Shown in pieces: positions 8,561-18,675 of a stretch of 64,000 bases of DNA. The position numbers and the translations under genes were made by a program. The notes below the pieces were generated by a model. It saw nothing but the letters and a program-made list of their open reading frames with translations. It was not told where the DNA came from and did not search any database. The first letter of the stretch is position 1, and each line of letters begins with the position of its first letter. Origin of the DNA: an uncultured Candidatus Saccharibacteria bacterium (GTDB lineage Bacteria > Patescibacteriota > Minisyncoccia > Phycocordibacterales > CAIZLB01); assembly GCA_964450605.1 (NCBI GenBank), contig CAYVEK010000002.1:199805-263804 (forward strand), written 5' to 3'.

Positions 8561-9433
8561 CTAAAAATGCAAACAGAACAGGCATTTAGCCGTGAAATAT
8601 ACTACATATAATCCCACTATCATAAATGGACCAAACGGTATCTCCGTTCTAAGTCCCAGACTTGGAAATTTTCTTTTTAGATACGCCCCTAGACGACCTT
8701 TAAATATCTGTATGCCCAGTGCATTATTTTTAGATGAAAACGCTGTTATAGCCTCACCAAACAACATACAAGCAACTATAACAACAGTACCTATCCAAAA
8801 TGAGTATACAATTGCAGTAAAGCCGTAAGCCATACCTAACATCCATCCTATAGGTAGTGCAAGCTTTGCGTCACCTAACCCCATCCATCTTCCACCAGAT
8901 ACAAACCATAATAAGGCAAAAGGTAGAGCCATCAGTGGACCTGCTATGAGTGCAGATTGTATAGTTGGACTTGCCATGATTGTTTGATGCGTAGAGAAAG
9001 CTAAAATGATTCTAAGTACAGCTAGACCTCCTGCTGTATATACCAAGCCATCTGGTATTATCTTATGTCTAAAATCATACACAGCTATGCATATAAGCAG
9101 TGCTGCGATGATCCAATCTATACCAATGAGCCAGAATGGTGAAAGTAAATTATGTGTATATATTGCAGTAAACAAAAAAGCTGTGACTATTTCTACTAAA
9201 GGATATTGTACAGATATGCGTGCTTTACACGTACGACACTTACCTTTATACCAAAGATAACTAAAGACAGGCACAAGATCTTTTGCAGACAACTCCCTTC
9301 CGCAGGAGAAACATTTTGATCTACCGCGTGATATAGATAGGCCAGTGTTATATCTATATATAACTACGTTAAGAAAACTTCCTATAAGTAAACCGAAGAT
9401 AAAGATAAATGGAATGTAAAAATTAAAAAACAT
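8561..9433 (-). CDS. pilD: Prepilin peptidase / N-methyltransferase (A24)
   Basis: GSFLNVVIYR, two CxxC, YDFRHKIIPD, MGLGDAKL, IPFGPF. Confidence 0.95.
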   Translation of the reverse strand: MFFNFYIPFIFIFGLLIGSFLNVVIYRYNTGLSISRGRSKCFSCGRELSAKDLVPVFSYLWYKGKCRTCKARISVQYPLVEIVTAFLFTAIYTHNLLSPFWLIGIDWIIAALLICIAVYDFRHKIIPDGLVYTAGGLAVLRIILAFSTHQTIMASPTIQSALIAGPLMALPFALLWFVSGGRWMGLGDAKLALPIGWMLGMAYGFTAIVYSFWIGTVVIVACMLFGEAITAFSSKNNALGIQIFKGRLGAYLKRKFPSLGLRTEIPFGPFMIVGLYVVYFTAKCLFCLHF

Positions 9434-9594
9434 ATATTTAGTTATATTGTATCACAACAAATCTTTAACTAGTTATTAGACCAATTAATAACATTACAAT
9501 TATAATGATCGTGAGAAAGCTTGTAATAAATTTTATAGCAGTTGCATCAAGCATGTATAAAGATTATATACGATAGTTTAAAAACCAGCAAAAA

Positions 9595-9623
9595 CAAAAG
9601 CCACCCTTTCGGGTGACTTTTGC
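9595..9623 (-). terminator. Intrinsic terminator after the S-layer-like gene
   Basis: CAAAAGCCACCC-TTTC-GGGTGACTTTTG hairpin, followed by U-rich sequence on the minus strand. Confidence 0.7.
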
Positions 9624-9658
9624 GATTTGATAGCAACCTTCGTTACTATACCAGTCCA

Positions 9659-11461
9659 TTATGGAAGGTATGTAAGTGTTGTTGTATCAAGAGCTTCGAA
9701 TCCTGCGAACTGTGTTTGTGCAGATCCGCCTGTAGGTGTCCACTGGATACCTCGAACTCGAGCCTTGTAAGTAGCTCCTGAAGTTAGAAGAGCTGCTGGG
9801 AATGCTGCTGTAATCTCGAAGTTCTTAACAGCGCCTTTAGCAACTGTTGTAAGACCACTTTCTGCGAATACTGCTGCTGTTGTTGTTCCAACAACTGCTC
9901 CTGAAGCAACGTTTACTAGGTCAATTGTTGATGAAGCTGAAGCGTTGATGTTTCCACCTAGTGCTGTCAGACTTAGAACGAATTTAGCCTGGAATCCTGT
10001 TACTACAGAGTTTGTTCCTGTCTGTCGCTCAAGTGATGAAGAAACTTTTCCGAATCGTGGTACAGCTGGAGCAAAGTATGCCCATACAGTTGTTCCTGGG
10101 ATTAGAGATGACTGTGAGGCGATACCTGTTGAGCCATTTGGTTTCTCATACATAACTTGTGCAACTCGTGTAGATACAACTGTTCCTGAAGTTGTGTTTG
10201 CAGGAAGGTCAGCCTTGATTGAGAATGTTTTGATTGTATCTACTGGAACTGTAACATTGTAGTTTGTAAGATCGAATGTTACTGAACCTGAAGCTGTTGT
10301 TGAAGCTACAACTGATCGAGCGTCGATCATTGTTGATCCATCGTATAGGTATACGTTTGAAGGAAGTGTTCCACCTGTTCCGTTTGCTCCGGCTGCAGAT
10401 AGAAGTCCTGTGTTAACGGCTACTGTTACAGATGTAAGTTTTGATACTCCTGTCTTTGACTCAACTGCGAATGTAGAAGTAAGAACTTTTTCAGCTCCGT
10501 TTCCTGTTGTATTAACATCGTAGTTTGTAGAGTAAAGAGTTGTAGCATCATCCTGTGCTGTCATAGTAGATGTACCTGGTTTCTTGAATGTGTGTGTTCG
10601 AGAGTCAGATAGTGCGTTGTAACTACTGATTCCTCGTCCATCAACTGTTCGGATACCTGATGTACCATAAACATTGAATCGTACGTATCGGTCTGAGTCA
10701 ATTGAGTTTGAGTTTACAGAAACTGTCAATGTCTTGATAGTATCTTTAGCAACTTTAACTCCTAGACCAGAGATCTGTACGTAATACTTGTTAGGTGTAA
10801 CTGAAGTATCTCGTGAGAATGTTGATGAATTAACTGGGATTGTAGCTAGAACTGTTGATCCATCTTTAACTGTTACAGTATTGATCAAAGTTGAAGGGTT
10901 CTCCTGTGATGTAAATGTGTTTGATGTATCTACAGCAACTTCAAGGTTAACTCGCTCTACCATGATGTCTGACTGCTTAGCTTTGAACTCAACAGCGTAA
11001 ACATTAACATCTGAGTTAGATGTAACGTTTGGATTGTTAACAACTACTGGTGATACTCGAACCTCAGCAAATCCCTCTGAACCTACTAGAACATTATTAT
11101 TGTTCTGGTTATTGTTCTGGTTATTATTTCCTTGGTTATTGTTCTGGTTGTTGTTTCCCTGGTTATCATCAGCAGGACCTGCGTTTAGAACTTCTCGAGT
11201 CATAGGACCAACAAATCCTGTTCCTGGAAGATCATTAGCAAGCTGGAAGGCTACAACAGCTTTCTTTGTGATTGAACCAAAGTAACCTGTAGCGTTTCCA
11301 TTAAAGAATCCAGCGTCAGCTAGGTATTCTTGTAGAGCCTTAACATCGGCATTTTTCATACCCATCTTAAGGTTTTTGTTAAACATATAACCTTCTGCTA
11401 CTACACTTACTGAAAAAGCAAGTGCTAGAGCGAAGATTGATGTTGCAAGTAATTTTTTCAT
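9659..11461 (-). CDS. Secreted peptidoglycan-binding, S-layer-like protein
   Basis: Sec signal; NLKMGMKNADVKALQEYL...TGYFGSITKKAVVAFQ...TGFVGPMTR PG-binding domain; N/Q-rich linker; beta-rich body; strongly biased codon usage. Confidence 0.85.
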   Translation of the reverse strand: MKKLLATSIFALALAFSVSVVAEGYMFNKNLKMGMKNADVKALQEYLADAGFFNGNATGYFGSITKKAVVAFQLANDLPGTGFVGPMTREVLNAGPADDNQGNNNQNNNQGNNNQNNNQNNNNVLVGSEGFAEVRVSPVVVNNPNVTSNSDVNVYAVEFKAKQSDIMVERVNLEVAVDTSNTFTSQENPSTLINTVTVKDGSTVLATIPVNSSTFSRDTSVTPNKYYVQISGLGVKVAKDTIKTLTVSVNSNSIDSDRYVRFNVYGTSGIRTVDGRGISSYNALSDSRTHTFKKPGTSTMTAQDDATTLYSTNYDVNTTGNGAEKVLTSTFAVESKTGVSKLTSVTVAVNTGLLSAAGANGTGGTLPSNVYLYDGSTMIDARSVVASTTASGSVTFDLTNYNVTVPVDTIKTFSIKADLPANTTSGTVVSTRVAQVMYEKPNGSTGIASQSSLIPGTTVWAYFAPAVPRFGKVSSSLERQTGTNSVVTGFQAKFVLSLTALGGNINASASSTIDLVNVASGAVVGTTTAAVFAESGLTTVAKGAVKNFEITAAFPAALLTSGATYKARVRGIQWTPTGGSAQTQFAGFEALDTTTLTYLP

Positions 11462-11712
11462 AATTTGATTTAAAATATAAGAACTGTGTTTTTTGTGTCT
11501 GAGTTATTAATAATTAAGTTTATAAGTCCAGACCACAATTCTCGGGCTAAATCTTTGCGAACCCGTCTTGAATATCGGAGTCTACCTCAAGGCTGACCTA
11601 ATATACAAAACGGACTCGAAAGGCGTAACCTGTACCCATCTAAACGGGTACATAAAGGCTATATTACACTATTTCGGTCCGAATTACCAGTCCTTAAGAC
11701 TAGATCAAGCGG

Positions 11713-11753
11713 AAATACACAAAAACCCCTTTTTTAGGGGTTTTTGTGTATTT
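11713..11753. terminator. Perfect 18-bp inverted repeat, terminator
   Basis: AAATACACAAAAACCCCT-TTTTT-AGGGGTTTTTGTGTATTT. Confidence 0.8.
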
Positions 11754-11776
11754 AAACGATATGTCCTTTAAATAGA

Positions 11777-12481
11777 CTACTTTAGCGAGTATTTACTCCA
11801 CCGTCTTTCGCCTGACTTTTTAAGTGTCCCAGAAAGTACCAGAGATGTGAGCTCTCTTTGTATGGTTTTTGAACTACAACCTTGTATTTCATCAATAAAT
11901 TCGTTTATGGTGACCTGTCCTTTAACCTTAACTATCTCCAAAATACGCTTTCTTCGTGAACCTATATCGGAACCCAGATTCTGAGACCCTGTTTCGACCG
12001 TAGTCACTTTTTTACCAACTACCGGTGTTACATTTTTTTTGTAAAGGACGGGTGTGTGGGTATTTTCTTTTATTTGAGATCTACCAAAATCCTTTTCTGG
12101 AACATAAGAGACACCGGCTGGTTCATCTTTCACCTCAGCAAGGTTTTCTAAGACATTGGCAACTATCGATTTTTTATCTGTATCATTTTTAGGAATATTT
12201 GTGATAAGTGCTTTGAGCAGTAAATCTGCATTCATTTCAGAAACAGCATTTGTTTCTTTGGCTATTTTTATAAGACTTGTGAGTTGTCTTATTTTAAGAT
12301 CTTTGTGTCCATTATCTTCAGATAGAATTAATTCAATTGAAAGTGTTCTGAGAGACTGTCTGATAGGGTCATTTTTATCGATAAGATCAGTAACCAGATA
12401 CAAGGCCTTCGAGATTGCCTCAAGAGGCACCTGTCTTTGAATCTGAAGTTCTTGTTTTTTTGTTTCCAGTAGTGTGTCCAT
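11777..12481 (-). CDS. Hypothetical protein with an N-terminal helical bundle and a C-terminal DeoR-like winged helix
   Basis: C-terminus RRKRILEIVKVKGQVTINEF...CSSKTIQRELTSLVLSGTLKKSGERRWSKY; start moved to ATG 12481 to avoid overlapping ftsK. Confidence 0.75.
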   Translation of the reverse strand: MDTLLETKKQELQIQRQVPLEAISKALYLVTDLIDKNDPIRQSLRTLSIELILSEDNGHKDLKIRQLTSLIKIAKETNAVSEMNADLLLKALITNIPKNDTDKKSIVANVLENLAEVKDEPAGVSYVPEKDFGRSQIKENTHTPVLYKKNVTPVVGKKVTTVETGSQNLGSDIGSRRKRILEIVKVKGQVTINEFIDEIQGCSSKTIQRELTSLVLSGTLKKSGERRWSKYSLK

Positions 12482-12550
12482 TAACTGACAGTATATATAA
12501 GACAAGTGAAAAAGCAAGATGAAAAAAGCTCCTATGATAAAATAAGACAT

Positions 12551-14938
12551 ATGTCCAAAAAGAATGTACAACCCAAGAAAAAAAATTCCAAAAAAGAGAC
12601 TGTCTCTGATGAACCTAAAAGCCTTTCTATATCTAGATATATACGAGGCATGACTCCAAATGTCTTACCTCAAGACCGCTATGTAAAGAACACTGTTCTG
12701 ACACTTGTCTTTTTCGTACTTTGTTTGTTCTTTATATTAGCCTCACTTCGATTGGGTGGTAACTTAGGTAATACTATATATACATGGTTCCATGGGCTAT
12801 TAGGATATGGCTATTTTGTTCTACCCTTTCTGTTTGCTATACAGGCCTACTTCTATAGTATCCACAAAGAAACGAGTTCTCTAGCTAAGACAAAGATCTT
12901 CTTCTCATTAACCCTTTTGTTATCTGTTCTTGGAACACTTGAGATAACAAGCGCTGAGGCAGGAGGAAAACTGGGCCAGTGGGTATCAGTACCACTACTA
13001 AGTCTATTTGATAAAACTTTGAGTTATATAGTACTTGTTGCAGTGCTTCTAATATCGCTGGTTGTACTATTCGAATTCTCAATAGGAAAGAAGAAGAATT
13101 CTTCAGAGGAGTCTACGGAAGAAGCTGGTTCAGAATTAGAGGTGTTGAAACCGAACAAAAAGATGCGAATCGAAGGTGTCATATCTGACGATGAAGAGGA
13201 TGTAAAAGACACAAAAAACAAATCAAAGACATATTCCGAGGATGCTGTTGATGTAAAAGACACTATAAAGGACACAGATAAAAACCTTATAAATAAAGCT
13301 CAAAATAAAAATAGCTCTTCTGAGTCTGAAAAAGATGAGAGTGAGGATTTGCTACAGGTTAGTCGAAAATCTCTACTTATCGGCAAACCCTACGTTCCGC
13401 CTGCTCTATCACTTCTTGAAAGAGATAAAGGTAAACCTGAGGTTGGAGATATTAAAGCTAACGCGAATATTATAAAACGAACACTGCAGAACTTTGGAGT
13501 TCAGGTTGAGATGGATGAAATATCAGTAGGTCCATCAGTTACAAGGTACGCTATGAAGCCTGCCGAAGGTGTAAAATTGTCAAAAATCTTAGGTCTTCAA
13601 AACAACCTATCTCTCGCCCTTGCAGCGCATCCAATACGAATAGAGGCACCTATTCCAGGCAAATCTCTTGTTGGTATAGAAGTTCCAAATACCACAAAAA
13701 CAGTGGTTGGACTTGGAACACTTCTAGGCTCAGACGAATTCCAAAAATCTCCTGACCCACTACTTATAGCGCTCGGTAAAGGAGTATCTGGAAAGTTGTA
13801 TTATGAAAACCTAGCAAAGATGCCTCACTTACTCATAGCCGGTACAACTGGTTCTGGAAAATCTGTAATGATACACAACCTTATCACTTCCCTTTTGTAC
13901 AAAAATTCACCAGACAATCTTCGATTTATTTTCATTGACCCTAAGCGTGTTGAGCTTACTTTGTACAACAAAATTCCTCACCTACTTACACCGGTTATTA
14001 CAGATCCAAAGAAGGCCATACTTTCACTAAAGTGGGCGGCTAAAGAAATGACACGTCGATACGACATTCTTGAAAAACATTCTGTTCGAGATATAGATTC
14101 ATATCATAAAAATGTATTAATGCCCGCACTTGAAGCGGCACGAAAAGACAGTGGTAAAAAACCAGAAGAAGCTGATGAGTTAAGTGAGACGTTGCCAGAC
14201 ACAATGCCATATATAGTAGTAGTTATCGATGAGCTTGCAGATATCATGCAAACATATCCACGAGAACTTGAGGCGGGTATTGTAAAGCTTGCACAGATGA
14301 GTCGAGCTGTCGGTATACACCTAGTACTTTCAACACAACGACCTTCCGTAAATGTGATTACAGGTCTTATTAAAGCAAACATCCCTTCACGAATGGCTCT
14401 TCAAGTAGCATCTCAGATTGATTCACGTACAATACTTGATACAAGAGGTGCTGAAGAATTGCTTGGACGTGGAGATATGTTGTATATGACAGGAAGAATG
14501 CCGAATCCACAACGTGTTCAGTCTCCAAACATAACAGAAACGGAAACAAAAAAGATAGTAAAACACCTTATAGACAATATGGAGTATATTCCCGACACAA
14601 TCGCCCTTACCCCTCAAGATCAAGAGCAGGCTGGTACACATGCCATATTCTCATCAAACATGGGAGACAGTATGGATGATGAAGCAGATGATGATCTGTA
14701 TGAAGATGCAAAAATGGCCGTTATAGAGGCCAAGAAGGCTTCTACCTCCTATCTACAAAGAAAGTTACGTGTAGGTTATTCTCGAGCAGCTCGACTTATA
14801 GACATACTAGAATCTAAGGGCATTATTGGACCAGCAGATGGATCAAAGCCTCGTGAAGTTTTGGTTGGCCGAGATGGTGGCCCTGCCGGAGAGCAGTCTA
14901 CAGATGAAAACGATGACTCAGCAGAACGTGTGGTGTAG
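12551..14938 (+). CDS. ftsK: DNA translocase FtsK/SpoIIIE
   Basis: N-terminal TMs; PHLLIAGTTGSGKS, IDELAD, RAVGIHLVLSTQRPS; gamma domain STSYLQRKLRVGYSRAARLID. Confidence 0.96.
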   Translation: MSKKNVQPKKKNSKKETVSDEPKSLSISRYIRGMTPNVLPQDRYVKNTVLTLVFFVLCLFFILASLRLGGNLGNTIYTWFHGLLGYGYFVLPFLFAIQAYFYSIHKETSSLAKTKIFFSLTLLLSVLGTLEITSAEAGGKLGQWVSVPLLSLFDKTLSYIVLVAVLLISLVVLFEFSIGKKKNSSEESTEEAGSELEVLKPNKKMRIEGVISDDEEDVKDTKNKSKTYSEDAVDVKDTIKDTDKNLINKAQNKNSSSESEKDESEDLLQVSRKSLLIGKPYVPPALSLLERDKGKPEVGDIKANANIIKRTLQNFGVQVEMDEISVGPSVTRYAMKPAEGVKLSKILGLQNNLSLALAAHPIRIEAPIPGKSLVGIEVPNTTKTVVGLGTLLGSDEFQKSPDPLLIALGKGVSGKLYYENLAKMPHLLIAGTTGSGKSVMIHNLITSLLYKNSPDNLRFIFIDPKRVELTLYNKIPHLLTPVITDPKKAILSLKWAAKEMTRRYDILEKHSVRDIDSYHKNVLMPALEAARKDSGKKPEEADELSETLPDTMPYIVVVIDELADIMQTYPRELEAGIVKLAQMSRAVGIHLVLSTQRPSVNVITGLIKANIPSRMALQVASQIDSRTILDTRGAEELLGRGDMLYMTGRMPNPQRVQSPNITETETKKIVKHLIDNMEYIPDTIALTPQDQEQAGTHAIFSSNMGDSMDDEADDDLYEDAKMAVIEAKKASTSYLQRKLRVGYSRAARLIDILESKGIIGPADGSKPREVLVGRDGGPAGEQSTDENDDSAERVV

Positions 14939-14991
14939 TTCAGTAAAACTTTATCAAAACTTAAGAAAATCTTTAATAACAAAAGTATATT

Positions 14992-15360
14992 ATGACACTG
15001 GGATACACAGATGGAAAAACTAAGCTTAAAATCATTTTTTTCACATTATGTGCGTTTTGTATAGTATCCCTTACTGCATACGAATTCAGGAAAGTTTGGA
15101 AAGGACCTGATATTTCACTAAGTTGTGGTAGCTGTGTGGGGCTAATAAGTGAATCTGGTTCTTACAAAATCTCAGGCAAAACCCAAAATATCGCAGAAAT
15201 CTTCCTTGGTAGCAAAAAGATATATGTCAATTCTAATGGGGATTTCGAACAGTCAGTACTTCTCTACCCTGGTGAGAACCTCATATCTCTTCATGCTAAA
15301 GATAGATTTGGCAAAGAAGTCAAGAAAGATATCGCGGTATACTATAAACATAATAAATAA
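14992..15360 (+). CDS. Membrane-anchored Ig-like domain protein
   Basis: One TM, then ISGKTQNI...NGDFEQSVLLYPGENLISLHAKDRFG beta-sandwich pattern. Confidence 0.7.
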   Translation: MTLGYTDGKTKLKIIFFTLCAFCIVSLTAYEFRKVWKGPDISLSCGSCVGLISESGSYKISGKTQNIAEIFLGSKKIYVNSNGDFEQSVLLYPGENLISLHAKDRFGKEVKKDIAVYYKHNK

Positions 15361-15378
15361 ACTTAAAAACATCACAGT

Positions 15379-16494
15379 ATGATAAAGAAAAAACCAGCAA
15401 AATCAAAAAAAGATGAACTTGACGAAGAGCTTAACGAGGTTGAAGAAAATGAATCTCTTGAGGATGAAGAATCTTCTCTCGGTTCTAAAAAAGGTAAAGG
15501 ATCTAAGAAAGATGATATAACAAGTAATATAAGTGACACTATTGCTGAGATTAAAAGTCGATTCGGAGATGAATCTATAATGAAACTTGGTGAAAAACCT
15601 AAAGTTGACGTAGACGTCATTCCTACCGGATCTATAGGTTTGGATGCAGCACTTGGAGTTGGAGGAGTTCCTCGTGGACGTATTATCGAGATATTTGGAC
15701 CAGAATCTTCTGGTAAAACCACTCTCGCACTTCATATCATTGCTGAAGCTCAAAAGAAAAATGGTGTATGTGCGTATATAGATGCTGAGCACGCTATGGA
15801 TCCTGATTATGCACGACGACTCGGAGTGAATATAAACAACCTTCTTATTTCACAACCAGACGCTGGTGAGCAAGCTCTTGAGATCACAGAGAGTCTTGTG
15901 CGAAGTGGAAAAATAGATGTCATAGTTGTTGACTCTGTTGCAGCACTTACCCCAAAAGACGAGATCGAGGGAGATATGGGAGCCCAGCATGTTGGAAAGC
16001 AGGCTCGACTTATGTCTCAAGCGCTCCGAAAGCTTACTGCCATAGTCGCCAAGAGTAAAACAGTTGTTATATTTATTAACCAGATTCGTATGCAGATAGG
16101 AGTAATGTTTGGAAACCCAGAAACAACTCCAGGAGGAAAAGCTCTAAAGTTTTACACATCTATACGACTCGATATACGACGTATCGCCCAAATAAAAAAA
16201 GGAGAAGAGGTTATGGGCGGACGTGTGCGAGTAAAAGTTGTTAAAAACAAAGTTGCTGCACCTTTCAAACAGACAGAGTTTGATCTTATGTATAACGAAG
16301 GTATTTCTCTTGAAGGTGAGATGCTCGCGCTCGGAGAACGTATGGATATCATAAGTAAAACAGGTTCTTCATATTCATATGGAGACGTTAAGCTGGGACG
16401 AGGATACGACGCAACACGACAGTTTTTAAAAGAAAATAAAGATCTCAAAAATGAGATCCTAAAGCAGATACGATCAAAGTTAAAGGAAGCTTAG
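15379..16494 (+). CDS. recA: Recombinase A
   Basis: [34 protein letters not shown]. Confidence 0.98.
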   Translation: MIKKKPAKSKKDELDEELNEVEENESLEDEESSLGSKKGKGSKKDDITSNISDTIAEIKSRFGDESIMKLGEKPKVDVDVIPTGSIGLDAALGVGGVPRGRIIEIFGPESSGKTTLALHIIAEAQKKNGVCAYIDAEHAMDPDYARRLGVNINNLLISQPDAGEQALEITESLVRSGKIDVIVVDSVAALTPKDEIEGDMGAQHVGKQARLMSQALRKLTAIVAKSKTVVIFINQIRMQIGVMFGNPETTPGGKALKFYTSIRLDIRRIAQIKKGEEVMGGRVRVKVVKNKVAAPFKQTEFDLMYNEGISLEGEMLALGERMDIISKTGSSYSYGDVKLGRGYDATRQFLKENKDLKNEILKQIRSKLKEA

Positions 16495-16504
16495 TTACTA
16501 CCAC

Positions 16505-16540
16505 AAAACAAAAACACCTCACATGAGGTGTTTTTGTTTT
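16505..16540. terminator. Bidirectional terminator between recA and rpsR
   Basis: AAAACAAAAACACCTC-ACAT-GAGGTGTTTTTGTTTT. Confidence 0.85.
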
Positions 16541-16557
16541 ACATACTACTGTATTCC

Positions 16558-16764
16558 CTAGTTGTTATTTATATAAGGAAGCAAAGCCATGAATCGCGCC
16601 CGCTTGATAGCAAGACCAAGATTTCGCTGATGTTTTGCAGTTACACCAGATCGTTTTCGTGAAATAATTCGTCCGTATTTATTGATGAACTTTTTCAAGA
16701 TCTGAGTATCTTTGTAGTCAATATGTTTTATATTGTTTTCAGTGAAATAACACTTTTTTGACAT
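16558..16764 (-). CDS. rpsR: 30S ribosomal protein S18
   Basis: IDYKD...GRIISRK...HQR..AIKRARFMALLPY. Confidence 0.96.
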   Translation of the reverse strand: MSKKCYFTENNIKHIDYKDTQILKKFINKYGRIISRKRSGVTAKHQRNLGLAIKRARFMALLPYINNN

Positions 16765-16799
16765 ACGGTTTTTAAAAATTAATGAATAATATGTACAAA

Positions 16800-17261
16800 T
16801 TAGAACGGTATATCCTCAGGATTTATATCCTCGTCTGGGTATTTAACCTCACCAGAATCTCGTGACTCCCCTGGCATAGGACTTGCATCCTGTGAGCCTG
16901 GAATATCTCGCGCTTCTGTTGAAGAACCTGCCCCGCCTCTTGGTCCGAACTGGAAGTTTTCAAGAACAATCTCTGTTCTATACTGTTTCTTACCATCTTG
17001 TCCGTCCCATGATCGAGTTTGAATTCGTCCTTCTAGATATATAGGGTTACCTTTCTTTAGATACTGGTTTATAACCTCAGCCTGCTTTCCAAAAGCAACT
17101 ACATTGTGATATTCAGGTACATCTTTTTTTGCCCCTGAAGCATCTTTTGTAGATCTGTTTGTCGCAACACTGAACGAACTTACATGCATACCTGATGGTA
17201 GTGATTTAAGTTCAGGATCTTTAGTAAGATTTCCGTATAACGTTACTTTGTTTATGTACAT
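16800..17261 (-). CDS. ssb: Single-stranded DNA-binding protein
   Basis: NKVTLYGNLTKDPE, EGRIQTRSW, C-terminal EDIPF. Confidence 0.97.
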   Translation of the reverse strand: MYINKVTLYGNLTKDPELKSLPSGMHVSSFSVATNRSTKDASGAKKDVPEYHNVVAFGKQAEVINQYLKKGNPIYLEGRIQTRSWDGQDGKKQYRTEIVLENFQFGPRGGAGSSTEARDIPGSQDASPMPGESRDSGEVKYPDEDINPEDIPF

Positions 17262-17347
17262 AATGTGTTTTTGTTTAGCTTAATAATGGTATGTCTTAAC
17301 CTTACAAAAGGCGCACAACATACACGCGGAAACTAAAACATGTAGAA

Positions 17348-17812
17348 CTATTCTGCGTCTACAACCTCTTCAGTATCAACTACTACAGGGGCTATATCAG
17401 CTTTTGGCGCATCTTCACCTTCTTCGCTTTCATTGGCAAGGAGATCTTTAGAAACCATAGTATCTTCTGCAACTGTTTTAACGAAGATATATCGAAGAGT
17501 TGAATCCAACTCTTTCACATATTTCTCAACAGAGGCAAGAGCACTTGCTTCTAACTGAAACTTAACCCAGCCAAAGTACGCGGTTTCATACCACTTCTTC
17601 TGAGCCTTGATAGTCTTTGGAATCTCATACGCAAGTGTAAAGAGTCGAGGAGCAGATTCTCCGATGAATTCACCGTTTGCTTTCTCTATCTGTGACTTGA
17701 TTTTTGAAAATTCTATCTGGACATCGGCCTCAGAAAGGGTTGGAAGGAGATGAATACCTAATTCATACACCTTGAAGCCTTCCTTTGTGCTTTCATTTAT
17801 TATTTCGGTCAT
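17348..17812 (-). CDS. rpsF: 30S ribosomal protein S6
   Basis: YEL...LAYEI...AYFGW...LRY; rpsF-ssb-rpsR synteny. Confidence 0.9.
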   Translation of the reverse strand: MTEIINESTKEGFKVYELGIHLLPTLSEADVQIEFSKIKSQIEKANGEFIGESAPRLFTLAYEIPKTIKAQKKWYETAYFGWVKFQLEASALASVEKYVKELDSTLRYIFVKTVAEDTMVSKDLLANESEEGEDAPKADIAPVVVDTEEVVDAE

Positions 17813-17861
17813 GGAGAACACTTTAGCACAAAGTCCAAAAAAACGCCAGTTTTAAGGCTTT

Positions 17862-18671
17862 TTATGACTTTAGCCAGTACTTACGAGCATTTTCAGCAAA
17901 AGTGTTTACAACCTCCTCCAAAGGTACGTTTTTGATCTCTGCTATCTTTTTATATATTTCTATAACAAATAAGGGATTATTTCGATTTCCTCGATGCGGT
18001 GTCGGTGCCACATAAGGACTGTCAGTCTCTGCAAACATACGATCAAGTGGAACAAAATCCACAAGCTCTCTGTATTGTTCTGCAAATGTAATAACTCCTG
18101 TAAAAGATACACTAAAACCGAGATCTAGAAATGCCTGAGCCTCTTCTTTTGTTCCTGCGAAAAAGTGGGCATTTCCCCTGTATTGTAACGGTTGATTGTT
18201 AAATTTTTCCTGAAGAATCGATAAAGTTTTACCATAGGAAGCTCGAACATGAAGCATGAGCGGTTTATTGTACTTTATAGATAAATCTATTTGATGCCTG
18301 AAAATTCGTTCTTGTACAGCTAAATCTTCTTCTGTAAGTTTCTCTTCCCCTCTCTCAAAATAATCGAGTCCGCATTCACCAATGCCGACAATAAAACTCT
18401 GATGATCGACTAAAAAATCTGCTGTGAAAAAATTTTCTAGCTTTTCTGAATCGTCTTCTGTTGCATGAAGTGGATGGGTACCTACAGTAGCCCACAAAGA
18501 TCCTGGATGTTGTTGTGCTAGTTGTATAGCCTGTTCAGAAGTTTCAACTGTTGTCCCCACGTTTATAGCAACCACATTCTGCTCTTTCATCTGGGCAATA
18601 ATCTCATCTCGATCTTCATCGAAGTCTTTGAAGTTTAGATGTGCATGTAGATCGATGTAGGGGTTGTTCAT
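17862..18671 (-). CDS. tatD: TatD family DNase
   Basis: IDLHAHL, GTHP, GIGECGLDY, ETDSPY. Confidence 0.93.
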   Translation of the reverse strand: MNNPYIDLHAHLNFKDFDEDRDEIIAQMKEQNVVAINVGTTVETSEQAIQLAQQHPGSLWATVGTHPLHATEDDSEKLENFFTADFLVDHQSFIVGIGECGLDYFERGEEKLTEEDLAVQERIFRHQIDLSIKYNKPLMLHVRASYGKTLSILQEKFNNQPLQYRGNAHFFAGTKEEAQAFLDLGFSVSFTGVITFAEQYRELVDFVPLDRMFAETDSPYVAPTPHRGNRNNPLFVIEIYKKIAEIKNVPLEEVVNTFAENARKYWLKS

Positions 18672-18675
18672 ATAT

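Noticed and set aside
11090-11165. Short N/Q-coding tandem repeat (NQGNNNQNN)
   Set aside because: Ordinary in-frame low-complexity linker; length changes would not shift the frame.
17862-18671. tatD as part of the Tat export system
   Set aside because: TatD is a nuclease not needed for export; here it is linked to metG, about 14 kb from tatC.
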